A DNA stretch of 64,000 nucleotides from Bispira polyomma (taxonomy: Eukaryota). Location of the stretch: positions 5,208,001 through 5,272,000 of the forward strand of contig OZ287750.1 of NCBI GenBank assembly GCA_965649765.1, read 5' to 3'. Within the stretch, counting starts at the first letter, position 1. Every line of letters starts with the position of its first letter. The position numbers were made by a program, and so were the translations under genes. Shown piece after piece: positions 14,713 to 27,923 of the stretch. The notes under the pieces were generated by a model. The model had not been told where the DNA came from. It ran no database searches and worked only from the letters and a program-made list of their open reading frames with translations.

Positions 14713-17700
14713 CAGGCTATTGTTTGAAAGTCTAGGGCTTTAAAAGAGTACTCAATCAAATACAGACTGTACATACATGTATAACAGATAATCTGTGACA
14801 GTCCTTATTGCTTACAAACAATATTGCCTGATTTTTGTCTTCAGTGATAAGCTGTTCGCAATTACTACAAGAGTGAACAAACATATTATCCTTGAATATA
14901 ATAATGTGCAAAAAGATTGACTTTTTTTAAGTTCCATGCTTGAAGATACATTTAAACAATATTTTAGTTTCCATTTCATAACAATAAAACCACAAAGCTC
15001 TTAATATCTGTGTTTCTTGCAGATCTATACACATTTAGGCTTCCACAATAGGTTTTATGGTTTGTGTATGGAAATCTATTTTTCATTTAACAAAATACTT
15101 CAATTTTTTTCCCGAAGCAGCAGCTGGGGTACTAATTACTTCTCTGTCTGGTCCAGTTTTTATAATATTGTTCTCATTCAACTAAGTGAGGGGGAGTTTT
15201 ATAGTGAGTTATTATCTCAAGCACACTGAGATAACTCAGAATAATCAAAGGATTCTATAACACTTTGAAAAATTATCAATAGTTCAAAAACCTTACTTAA
15301 TTTTCCTTTTAGCTTGCACACCTGTTATCATTATTCCAATAGTACCTGTAATGTATTAGTTAATTATTAACTTTACCTGTATTTGTTACATTTATAATCA
15401 ACAATGCTAATAAGCAAAAGGACTCAATGTGGACTAAGTCTACCTTAATGTATGAACAGTTTACCTCCCATCATATTTGTGTCTACCAAGATGCCATAAC
15501 ACTATACAAAAAAACTATGAAATCTGATGTTAAATGTATGGAAGTTTCTGTTATAAATCTGTAGCATTTACCTCCAAGACCGACAGATGGAATGCCATAT
15601 ATATATATATGCCATATATTCTGCTATCAATAATTTTTGGGGTAACTTCAGATCATACAATAGTAAGTTCTTCTTACTAAAAGGTAATCAAGTTTGTAAA
15701 CTCCAAAATTCTTCAACATAGAAATTATAGTAACATACAAACATTGTTATGTAGTAACGTGCAGTGTTCAGCATTCGATACATACATACAATATACAGAA
15801 ATAAAATAGCCAAATCACAGTAGATTACTGTATTTTCTGCTCCCAGTTGGAAAAGAGTAGCCAAAATATTTCTTGGAATTGTTTAGCTGTTGTTTTTTTT
15901 CATTGGCATTCTTCATGCTCATTTCAAGTACTCAGTAAAAAGCAAGTAACAAATAAACAGATTTTTTTTTTGGCCTCTTGGCCATATTCCCCTCCACATT
16001 AAACTTGAACATAAAAACCTTTTCTCCATCTACACAAAGATTGATCCAGTAAAGTGAAAAATGGCTGAAATATCTCTCTGATTTTCTCCCTCTCTTGGGC
16101 ATTAAGCATCGGAATATCCCTGTGATGGTCACTGAGCTAATTCAATAAGTTCAATATAATAGATTTGCAGAAAATCTCCATTGATAGGTGCTTAAGTACA
16201 CACATATACCATTTGTCTCTTACCTTCCTCTGTGTATAAGTGCATTGAGGGAGGTTTTTATGAGCTGAATAACCTTAACTTAAAACCGCCTTTTTACTCA
16301 GTGTGCAAATGAGTAAGTACATTCCAGAACTTGTACTGTAAATAATGCCATGTAATTGTACAGCAATAAATGTGAGTGGTAGGAAAAGAAAGGGAAACAG
16401 ACAATTCTATAGGACAACTAAGAAATTAGCACATAATCTAGTCTTTATAAGTTGGATATTGTGCTAGGGACAATATGCAAATGTCAGTGATAAAAAGTGT
16501 CGTCGCCAAATAAATTGTTGTGCCTTTTTTATATGCTTTACTGTACTGTAATCTATAGAAGAAGTAACTGCATGGTGAAACAGGAAGAGCAATGCAGTCT
16601 GAAATCCGATTGTTAACCCTCCTATAGTGTAATTTTACGATGTACTTCACTACAGTTGTATAATGAATTGCAGCTTTGTTATATGTTACTTAAACTGGTA
16701 AGTTAGTGTTAAACAAAGATATTGAGCCAAAATTATATTGAGCCAATATGGATTTCTTCCTACAATACTTTATAGGGTACAAGTAAGTTGAGAGATATAA
16801 CAGAAATCTAAAGCTATAATTGAACAGACTTATGATTAAAGATATATGTGCCATAAAACAACAGCTTGCTTATCAACTGCTATAGTCTCTGACAAACAAT
16901 CATCATTTCCTTATAGCAACATTTTTCTTGTGTTTTAGAGAAAAACAGTTGGATATAATCAATTATTCTGTTATTATATGATGGTGGTGGTACGTGAGTT
17001 GCATTGTGGGATACCTTTCCCACACACACAAAAAAAAAAAGTTTTTCATTGACCCAGCGTGGATTAATAGGCTGTAAATAGTGTCTGGCGTGTAGAAGTA
17101 CAATAGCTTAAAAAGTTTTATGGCTTCAACCTTTTGGCTCTGCGCTCAATTGGGATGGAGAGTTGTGACTTTTCATTCTTATAATGCAGTAATACAACTC
17201 TTCTATTATTCTATTAGACTGGCAGGTGAATCTAATTAATTAATGACCAGGTCAGGCAGATATATAGATATATTGTCTTGTTAAAGCTTCTCATTGCTAT
17301 GTATATAGAATGTACACACAATATCAAATTACTGTATGGACTCTCCTTCAAATTTGAACCAAAAAACACAGTGGAAACATTTTGGACAATGTATGTATTA
17401 GGAAAAACACCAAGGCTTTTGTATCTCAATGACTTTTTGTAGAAATTGTCTATCTTTTGTGTGTACCCAGAGTAGGCGTTTGTGACGGGAGTCCAAGGAG
17501 ACACATATACTGGGTGACAATTCAGGTAGAATCTTTTTATTTAACTTCAGAAAATTGTGTGTGGACAACAGTGGAAGTAATCACAAATGTTCTTAAAGAG
17601 GAAGTAATTGTCACACAAACTCAATCTGCTAAATGACTAATGTACTCAAGTGACGTCTGAGTTAGTTTTTGTACTTATAAATCATTAGTTTCAACAGAGG

Positions 17701-18919
17701 AATAAAATAATGCTATTAAGTTGCATCGACATATCAAATGTGCAGGAAAATACTGATTAGCTATTTAGGATACAATGGGAAGAAAAGTTTATATAATAAA
17801 CTGACGAAAAGTCTACATAATAATGATAATAACGTCAATGTGGGTGTAGATATTAAACTAATGGACAAATCATTTGCTACACCGATATTATATAGTAGAG
17901 ATGTACTTTTATATTACTTAAGTACCTTATATCTCCGGTGGGTCAGTAGTAGTGTGTGTATACAAAACTAGCTTTTGTCTACACAGCATGCATACACATA
18001 AACATCAAGTGTTTAATACCTGCTGGGTGGCTATTTCTCAGTATACAGTATGGCAGTTTACATACACGTGTAGGCAAAGCTATTTTCTAATTACTGACAC
18101 GGTACATGCCCCAGTCAGTCATTATATTCTCCTCGCATGAATACTTAAGTACTGTCGTGACGGTACTTACTGAAAAAAGCCTCTGCAAGAGCCCAGATAC
18201 TTTTTATGCATGACTGTATAATTCTCTGATAACCCGATATAGCTGACCAATATTTACAAGAGATGCTACAGTTTCTGTGCCATTACCTCAAGAAGACTCT
18301 ATCATAGCACCACGTGGTGGAATTCTGGATCAAATTGCACCCCCACGGGGACAAGAGTTAACCGCCCATACACACCATATTCCAGAAGGTAGCCTGTTTT
18401 TAAGACTCATGTTTGTCACAAAGTATTATACTCTTTTACAAAACTAATTCTAAATATGTAAATATTGAACGTATGCAACATATTTTGAATTTGTTCGAAT
18501 TAATTGAATGAAATTTTTTTTTTACAAACATGAACCTTTAACGCAAGGCTATATATATTCCAGTTTTACACCCGGGGTACTAGCAGAGTAGAGAATAAAA
18601 GTATTTACAGTTTGTAGCAGACATGATACAAATGTCTCCTTTCATTTGGAACAAATTCAAATTATAATTCGTTCAATTAGTTCAGCACACAATGTACTCG
18701 TATAAGTAACATGTTATTCTAATGCCAGAGTCTGTGTGTTGGGGATACAATAAGTGTGCATTTATCTACAACTAGAATTATGTTAAGTTCGTGATTATAT
18801 TGAAAACTGGAGCCTGCGTCAAGACTAAGCTCGTGGGGTGCTTACTATAAATGTCCATAGGAACAGTGTTATGACCACCATAACCCAGCCCTCTTTTTCT
18901 AAATAAAAAAATACCACCA

Positions 18920-19140
18920 CATCACTCTCGCCTCTATAATGCAGATCATCGCTTATTATATGGTCTGCAGGAACTCCGACCGCGCAGCCGTTTTCGTTCA
19001 TTTCGCCCCCAGGGAGAGATTTATGTCATCTTTAATACAAGGAGGGGAGGTAAAGTAGGCAGAGAGGGAGGGGGAGACACAACAGGTCCTGGCTAGATTA
19101 CTGCTGTTATCGCCCTGAGTTGTGTGAAAACAGGCAGGGA
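18920..19140 (+). promoter_or_regulatory. Possible promoter/TSS region of the receptor gene
   Basis: Local CpG/GC enrichment (ccgaccgcgcagccg, ttcgcccc), a tataat, and purine-rich tracts at the start of a ~3 kb stretch with no recognisable repeats leading to the ATG. Inference only. Confidence 0.25.
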
Positions 19141-21902
19141 AAAGGGCAAAAGTATTTGTGAGAAGGAAGAGAAGCAGGGGAAAAAGAATGTGATGGAAAC
19201 ATAATACTTATACAATAAAACATTATAGATCTTCTTCAGAAAGGAAGAAGGATATATTTCTATTTTGCAATGTTCGTTATATCTCCATCTTTTCTTATTT
19301 CCACGACATGGGACGAATTTTTAACAACAACAAACAAAGATATGCACAATAGATAGGGATCTACGACTTCTGCAAGGATATAATAATTATATAACTGGCA
19401 TATTTGAAGGAAAAAGTTTTGAAACATTGGAAGTAAATCGTGAACATTATTTTGTTAGTATATTTGTACTTATGATGATATATACAATCTGTGGAAATTA
19501 CAATGCACTCTGTGACACTTTGAATTACTGATTTCCATCAGGGGCGAATATGAACATGAAGTAAATATATAGAATCTATATGGGTGTTTCTGGTGTATTT
19601 TTATTCTAATAAGAAAACACCCCTGTGCAGTTAACTTTTCTTCAGTGAAAGTCATTGAACATTTTGTCACCATCACAGACGTATGCAGAAAACGAAACAA
19701 GGGAGACATATTGTGATTTTACTCATCAACATAATGTATATGGATGCTGCATGTAAAGGCAGAAATATAGCATAACTTTGCCATTTAAGAGTGGTGGCTA
19801 TATACATACATATATGTATATATCTATTCTCATATTCACTCAGACATTTTTTTTATTGGAAGGCGAAGAAAATAAATCCCCAATAATGCATAACAATGGC
19901 GAACTTTGTGGTTGATTTGTGTTCTATAGTAAGAATCGAATAACACTCACTCGCAAACAATATCTTTGGAGACTTGTTGAAATTCGAAACTCCACTTAGA
20001 ACAACAGAGTGTGGAGGGGGGGCGAAATATACTAGTGGAACGGATCGGTTTATATATCACTGGATAAACTGAATGGCCAGATCAACAAATGTGGATGATT
20101 TTCGCCCATGGGCCATGAACAAAAAATGGGAGAAGATATGTGTATTTCTGTGTGTGTACAGGTTTGGTACGGGAGGTGCTAATGTTGACCAAACGTAAGG
20201 GATTAAACTGATTGGAAATAATCCGGCGGTCTATTTACTCGAGTTTGTGTCTCCGTTCTGGAGAGCAGTGCAAACTGAGGTTGACATAAGACATTCTATA
20301 TACAGGGAGGTTGTTTACTGGATAAGGTGTGACCTTAACAACTATAATATTGTGCTACAACGGGGTGGATTTATTTTTACTATATATACTTCACTTATAA
20401 CCAGTTGTTGGAGTATATTTTAAGATATATAAAGACACATATCACAATTGTCATATATATACTGGCACAAATGTGCATGATAAAGTGTTAACTGAGTTTA
20501 AGGCTGACCTTAAATCAATGCCTATAGCTGTGTCTGCCTTGAATTAAAAAGCATATGGATCTCTGTCTTGGTTTCTGCCTTATTATTTCACGAGTGTTTG
20601 GGATAAAATAATGACGGTGAAGGAAGAAATGTTCCTTTATGTATAAAGACACAAAGAATTGCAAAGGTGTTTGTTTTCACGAAAGGGATTGTGGTTTTGT
20701 TATCATTCTGAAGGAGATTTTAAAAATTCTCCTTAATAGGTCACATGATCAGACTATATAAGTAATATATATGGTCAATGATAAAAGTATACATATATAT
20801 ATTGATATATATATACAAATTATAGATATATATATATACCCATGTGGGGTGGCTGTGCTTATACGAGACAGAAAAATAGAGAAAACCAAAGAGAGAGTAT
20901 TTAATATTAAAAAATAACACTGAAAAACAGGAAGTTCTGATATTACTCAAGTGAAAAAAGCTTAGGGGATTTTACTTCAATATGTTATATTTACATTATA
21001 TATAGATTGTATATGTATGTAAATTTATGTGTTATTGTGATTACAAAAACGGTGGCTGGTGCATAGTTTGAAGTCTCAACACCAGGTTTTATATAGGATA
21101 TTTTTATAGTGTTTTTATTTATAGTATACTGATGTGATGATCAGTGAGGAGTGGGCATTACTTAATGAGCCTTAGACTGCTAGTTTTAATAAACTTCCCT
21201 AGGTAGTCATTGTTGGCAGAGAAGGACATAGATTTCCTACAGAGGAGAGACTCTAGTATTGATGTAATAATAGGCTTAATTTGCAGTTTTGCACTGTACT
21301 CCATGCTATACATAATTAAATCTACATGTTACAGGATATTATGAAGACCGACCCACTACAAGAAAATTAGTGTGCAATATAGTATGTATATCACATGTTA
21401 TTATTCATGAACTCTAGTGATATTTACAGAGAAATTATGTCAATGGACAAACTGCAGTATTTGGATAAAAAATGTATTTTAATTCAGATTTTCTTCAAGA
21501 TTGGAATGTTTTAAAGTAGTAGATCCATCCATGCAATGATAAAAGTAATAGGCTGGTAGAACTATAATTTGTGGAGTTTGACGTGTCCACATGAAGTGGC
21601 AATATTTGTTGTTATTAAGTGGAAGATCAGCTTTAAGAGAATTGATGAGAGTTTAAACATAAACACAATAAACTGTTGACAAATATAGACCATCAATTTG
21701 TGAGATTGTCTTTTGTGTGACTTTTATCTATCTCTAGGTGATAAGCACCTTCTATAAAAACAGGTACTACAGTTTTATCTGAATAATCAACAATAAATAC
21801 GCCACAGTGACACCATTACATAGCAAAAGGCTACTGTGTGTATATATATAGATAGATAAATATTAAAAGATAAAAATCTCTATATGGACATCTATTCTCT
21901 GT

Positions 21903-22067
21903 ATGTCTAGAGATATAGAGTACAACATTACCCAAATGGAAGAAGTTACCTCACTAATGCATGCACTGAAATCTACAAGAGACCTAGAGTACAACATTAC
22001 CCAAATGGAAGAAGTTACCTCACTAATGCATACACTGAAATCTACAAGAGACCTAGTAAAAGTGTAG
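21903..22067 (+). promoter_or_regulatory. Candidate upstream ORF (54 aa) containing an in-frame 69-bp tandem duplication
   Basis: ATG 21903 to TAG 22065-22067; ends 34 nt before the receptor ATG; translation read by hand. Its presence in the mRNA is unproven. Confidence 0.4.
21916..22056. repeat. 69-bp direct tandem duplication (2 copies, 1 mismatch)
   Basis: tagagtacaacattacccaaatggaagaagttacctcactaatgcat(g/a)cactgaaatctacaagagacc at 21916 and 21985. Confidence 0.95.
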
Positions 22068-22101
22068 ATTTAGACACTCCAAAAAAGAAAAACCCTCAAC
22101 C

Positions 22102-22825
22102 ATGCCGGTGTTTGATTCCCTACCCATGATCTTCTTCTGGTCGTTGCTATCCTCCATCCTTTCCGTTGCCCTTGGTGATGTATTCAAACTGGGCGTCATC
22201 TTACCCTTTAAGGGACAGGTTGAGCCCTGGGCATTACCCAGGGGCACCAAGGCTGGGATTACCTACGCGGTGGAGAGTGTCAATGAAAACCGGAGGAATA
22301 TCCTACCCAAGCACAAGTTCCAGGTGACTTATGGAGACTCCCAATGCTCCGATACATACGGACCCTTAGCGGCCATCGACATGTACTTAAACAAGAGTGC
22401 CCATGTCTTTCTTGGACCGGCTTGTGATTACGCCGTGGCCCCCATCGCCCGATTCTCGCCCCACTGGAACATTCCAGTCATCACAGGAGGGGCGCTGGTG
22501 CGTGCCTTCGTAGACAAGAAGGACCAGTACAAGCTGCTCACGCGTATCGGAGGCTCGTACGAAAAGTTGGGAGAATTCTTCGTCAGTGTCTTTAAAGAGT
22601 TCGGTTGGAACCGGCCGGGCTTTCTGTACCATAATAACTTAGCGGAGCGTTCCCACCTGGGTAAGAGTAACTGTTACTTTATCATGGAAGGGGTATACCT
22701 GCTGCTGAATGGACTATACAGATCGACCCACAGGGAGGAAGAAAAGCTCTGGGTAGAGGCAGTGGATGAGGTCAAAGGATTTAACACCAGTTTAGTGATC
22801 AAAGAGGTCTCCGATAATGCCAGAA
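22102..22825 (+). CDS. NPR1-like: NPR-like receptor coding exon 1 (signal peptide + N-terminal ANF-receptor domain)
   Basis: ATG in good context (caaccATGc); hydrophobic signal peptide MPVFDSLPMIFFWSLLSSILSVALG; DSQCS...GPACDY cysteine pair; donor AGAA|gtaagt after 22825; 724 nt, phase 1. Confidence 0.95.
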
Positions 22826-24084
22826 GTAAGTGTGCTGAATCCACGGTTATTATTTAGGGATTGAGGGGATTTTTTTAACTGTGAAGAAAAAATCCTCACT
22901 TTTATGTTCTAATTTCAATTTAACCAGCCAATAACATTTCTTGACACAAAAGATTTAAGAGTTTAAGAATATTTAATATTTGTAAATGCCTTCATCATTG
23001 GTCATTTTAGAAGAAGAATTTCAATATCCATATCTGGGCCTATTCTCCTAATATAATATAGGTAGAACCTCTATCATCCGAAATTCTCTTGTCCTCTTCA
23101 TTTTGGTTTTGAACACACTTTTAATCTCACAAATGTTACAATTTCCGATTTTTTCAAACTGAAAATGCCTTTTCTATTTCACGAAGCGTCCACAATCCTA
23201 ACTAAATCAATGTCTCTCAACATACACATTGTTCTGTAAAACCAAGCTAAAGTTCTTACTTAACTCAAAGTATTTATATCCTTACTGACAGTAAACATAC
23301 ATATAATCTATACTTATAATATATACTTATATCGGTGCTGGTAGATGTGTCCACAAAGATTCTTATTCTAGAATATTTATATGGCGTCAAACTGCCCGAA
23401 GTAATCTGATTGGCTGAAACTAAGAACATGTAAAGAATAGTTTTAAATATGGCCCCTGACTGCATCTTTGAATTTAGTGTTAACTCAAATTAAAACAAAT
23501 GGTCAAAAGTATAGGTCAATTATAATGTCCAAGGTATTCCACTTAACCTGCTTTTGAATTTCCACATGAGAAAAATATTAGCCAAAATATGTCCACAAAC
23601 TTTGAAAGTGTAATATAAATATTTTTAAAGGGAATTTTATTGTGGGTTAGAACTTAGAAGAGGAAATATTAACACAAGATGCATTTAGTTTCAAAAAGCA
23701 GTTAACAAGGATATCAAACTTACAACCACATGTACCAATAACTATGATATTGCAAGACCTAGTTAGCTAATCTGTAAAGGAAATTACTGCATTAATCCAC
23801 CTGCCATTGAAGTAAGAAGGAAGCTCACTGCTCTGTCAAGCTTGAGTACTTTGTCTCCCTCTGGTCTCATTGAGAAACCGCCAGTAATCAGTACGTAGTA
23901 ATTAGCAGCAGGAATTGGTCTGTGAAGTCTATGTATTGAATGGCTTGGGCACAATATAATAAGCCTGTTAGCCACATAGACATGTCTATTATACACCAGC
24001 CCCATCTCTGTGGTCTCATCTAATTTAACAACCTAATTCTATCAGTTTCCGGTTTGCTTAATCTCAGTACCAGCAGATTCTTTA

Positions 24085-24335
24085 GGTTGATTCACACACA
24101 GGATCCGGAAAATTTAAATACAAATGATTCAGTGTGGGCGTTCATACAGAAGATAGATCTGGATCTGTGGATTTGATTTTATTTCTAAATTTTGGTGGAT
24201 CCACCAAGCAGATATCTAGCGAGCACAAAATTTCGCATGATTCGTCTGGATTTTTTGTCCAGTGTGAATTAAAGCAAAGAGTATCCATTTTCTGATAATT
24301 ATACAGATCCGGATACACTGCTGTGTGGATCTACC
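24085..24335. mobile_element. PIF/Harbinger-type MITE
   Basis: TIR ggttgattcacac / gtgtggatctacc; TTA target duplication on both sides; internal ggatcc repeats. Confidence 0.7.
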
Positions 24336-26446
24336 TTAAGGTACAACAGCAATCTGGAGAATTATCTGGTGACCGCTTTGGCACTTTACAGTCATCACAT
24401 AATTAGTTTGTAGAGGATGTAGATTGTAATCCTTGGAGCATACCTATACTTTAGTGAGATGTGAAGTTTTTCAAATGGCTTTGTAGGAATATGTACATTG
24501 TTACTTGTGTTATTGGTGACTGGAACACTTGTTCTGTTTGCTTGAAATTGCTGCATCTTCCATTTCTGTATAAACATAAACATCCAAAAACAGATCTAAT
24601 ATTATCCAATATAATAGAGTTTTCTGCTTAAGTAAAGTGCATGTATCAGGTTATGTTCCTGTTCATTCCATTATGATAGAATCACTAAAACTTGAAGGTT
24701 TAACCCTGGAAACAACATAAACTGATATTAGATCCTTCAGAAGATAAAGGTCTTAAAATAATATATTTATAATAACAGTACAATAATGTGATTTGTAGGT
24801 GCATTATGTTTTTTAAACAGCACCACAAGAATCCTCGGATAAAGTGACATTGGTGAACTTTTGTAACTGTACCTGGTCATTTTGAAGATGAAGGCTTGTA
24901 TTAACAGTTCAATACCTGGTAATGTGATTGGTGGGGTATTATGGGTTGTTGACAGCACCACAAGAATCATGTTAGCCCAAGGGCTGACAAGAGATGTATA
25001 AAGCCCTTGAGGTTTTAGTGCAGACTTTAGAATTAAGTAGCAGATGGGCTCTTATAAAATTGATTTTTAAGTTTTAACTGAGTAAACAGAAAATTGATAT
25101 TGGCTTTTACAAATGCATGGGGTCTACTAAGACAGTTTCCTGTTTTCATCAGATAAGATCTTGTGACATTGCAACTACCAAGTGATGGGCTGTTCAGGTC
25201 AATTCTTGTTCAATGACAGCCCTCTCTACAGTTATATTGGGTTATAGTGTTTGACTATCAGCACATGTCATAAATATTGTGCAATATATTATAAATGTTA
25301 TATCTTAGCCCACAACTTGTACAGATCAGTAATGTATTCTCTGCTGCTTTACAAAAATAGGCATTTTTTGTGGGAGGCAATTTTAGGCAATAGGCCATAA
25401 AAACTTAAAAGTATACTATGTTTTGATTTGGAGTCAATTGATAACAATTGGCTATTATAGCTTTGCTTTGTTGCTGTTACTTCATGTACACAAGACTGCA
25501 CATGCAGTAAGCCAGTAAATTTAACTATAATACAAGTATGTATTACTTTTAAGTTTTCCTTCTCATATATCCTACAATTCATAATACATACAAAGCATGC
25601 AATATACTAATGATAAACACAATTGTTGTCATTCATTTTTCTATTAAAACAATAGAAAGCAACGCGTCTATAATACTAATAACAACACTTTGTGCTGTGG
25701 TGCCATATATTACAGTTTTAACTGTCACCAGACAAAAGACATAGCTCTCTATTTCACTGTAGCAGCCCCCCCCCTCCCTCCTCTCCCTCTCTGTGACCCC
25801 CCCCCCCCACCTTCCTATACAGCTGTGTGTGACAGACTATTGTATCCCTGACAATACCCTGACCATGTAGCCATAGCTAGCCCCACTCTGTCATTCTCAG
25901 CTTATTTAGTAGAAAGACTATTGTTAAAGTGTTATTTTCTGTGAGTGAAATAAATGAGATTTGTTCTAAAAGAATATATCTGTTAAAGTTACATGTAGTT
26001 GAATTCTTTGACCATTTTCTCTAATACAAAACACCCTTAAACTCGACTCAAGTGAAGGCAACGTGAGAAACTCAAATATACATATATAACCTATACTTGT
26101 GACCATTCATTTTAATAGAGCTTTTAACACTGAATTCAGATATGCAGTCAGATCTTAAGTATCTTCCCTCTCATCAGAGATAAGGGTGATGTACTATTTG
26201 AGCCTTGAGCCTGAGTTTGAGTTTCTTCAAGAGAAATACCACACCTGTTGTTTGATGTATAGAATACTCTAAAGGAGGAAGTAACAACAGCCCTATATGA
26301 CAATAAAAAAATTTTTGTAGTGCTGTGTATTTGATCATTTTCCAAGAATACCCCACCTGTGCTGTATCTGTGTACATAAAACATTGTAACTGATACTGCC
26401 TTGAAGTTGTATAGTTGTCACACTAGTTGGAAATGCTGCATGTATA

Positions 26447-26762
26447 TGCCGCAGTAAACCTATAGTAGGTAACACATTCGAAATGCAGAGGACCAAGGTT
26501 TGATTCCAGCCTGTAGCTCCCCAAGTACAGGCAGATCCATAGTGGCTCAGTTGACCAATTATTGCAATTAATATGGCAGTTCTCTTGTCATTTTGGGTCC
26601 TATCCCCATCGGCAGGCTAAAGAACCTTGGAGATAAATTGGTCATCCTTAAGCCTATGTCTTTATTTAAGGGAATGCCAGGTAATCATGTTGGGCGGCTG
26701 TTAACTTGTGCAGTGAAGAAAGAGTCAGTTAAGAAAGGTAAAATAGCCTATTGGCTGCAAAA
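26447..26762 (+). mobile_element. tRNA-derived SINE (family B)
   Basis: ggtttgattcc B-box; body ggtcctatcccc...aaccttgg...ggctgt...cagt.aagaaaggtaaa.tagcc shared with the reverse copy at 48975-49288. Confidence 0.65.
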
Positions 26763-27736
26763 TTCAGAGATACTCTACTGAGTATAACAAGATAGTAGAC
26801 AAAGATCATATTGTTATCAACTATTTATTTCCTAGTTACATTACCCCTTGACGACCTTGTCTATCAGCTACCGGTTGACGGACATTTCCAATGGTTTAAA
26901 ATAATATTGTATAGCTCTCTGAGAAAACAGAAATACAATCTATGTGGTACACTGCTTTTAAGGTAAAGAAAAATTTATTTTTCAATTTGTGATGTAATCA
27001 ATTGTTGCACAAACGTCATCTGTGATGTCAAAGTTTTTTCACTCAATATAGTAGAATTACTCTCCATCAGTGGCGAAGGGGTTAATAAAATGTTGTTGTT
27101 TTTTGTGAAAATTCTATAATCTGATTCATTTTATGTTAAAAGATAAAAAAACTGATGGATTCTGCTTTGAATGTTTTGTATGCTTTGATGAATTGCACTC
27201 TTTTTAATGCTACCAAGAAATTAGAAAGCTCTTAACAACTTCCTTGTTGTTATAAATGACTGAAAGAGACAAGAACTTTGCACACTTGGTCTGATTTCAC
27301 TCAATATAACTGTATCATTACTAACATCCTGGAAATGGCCCTACCATATGGCAAATAATGATTATTTGTATTTTGCAAAAAAAATCATACAAAAAGTACA
27401 ACAAAAAAAAATTCTTTAACATTACAAATATAGGTGACATAAAAAATCTCTTCTTTCAAGAAACTGTTGTCAGCCTCAAGGTCAAGTTATTCTAGTAGAA
27501 AGTCTATTATGGGGTAGAAATATATTGGAAATCTTTGTTTGAATAATAGAAGGTTTATATAATAGAAGAAGTCGTTTTGTATTTTAATATAAAAATAATA
27601 GCAAAAACATTAATGTATAAATGTTACTATTCTAGTGGAGCTTTAACTTTAACGAGTGACTTTGTAAAAAATTTAACATTGATGTACATTTGGAGTTGAG
27701 ATAATAGAACTTCTACTGTACTGATATTATTAACTA

Positions 27737-27923
27737 CAATAGAACTTCTATTATCCGAACACGTTTGGGGAAGCAAAATTTTGTTCAGATAATTGAATGT
27801 TCAGATAATATAAGGGGCATTTGTTTACAAAACAGTAGCAAAACATAGATTTGTGAGAGTCAAACTAAGTTCATAAAACCGAATGTTCACATAATGGAAG
27901 TTCTGATAATGGAGATTCTACCA
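27737..27923. mobile_element. Same MITE family, diverged; an orphan right TIR lies just upstream at ~27701-27720
   Basis: caatagaacttctattatccgaac ... gataatggagattctacca. Confidence 0.75.

Noticed and set aside
18247-18388. Protein-like frame DATVSVPLPQEDSIIAPRGGILDQIAPPRGQELTAHTHHIPE ending at AG|gtagcc
   Set aside because: Weak acceptor and donor, no partner exons, no recognisable family.
300-21000. Many 60-97 aa ORFs in the six-frame track
   Set aside because: Low-complexity, AT-driven composition, no recognisable domains or consistent splice phases; expected by chance.
22053-22632. Minus-strand ORFs over exon 1 (also 36797-36979 and 43926-44138)
   Set aside because: Antisense shadows of the GC-richer true coding exons.
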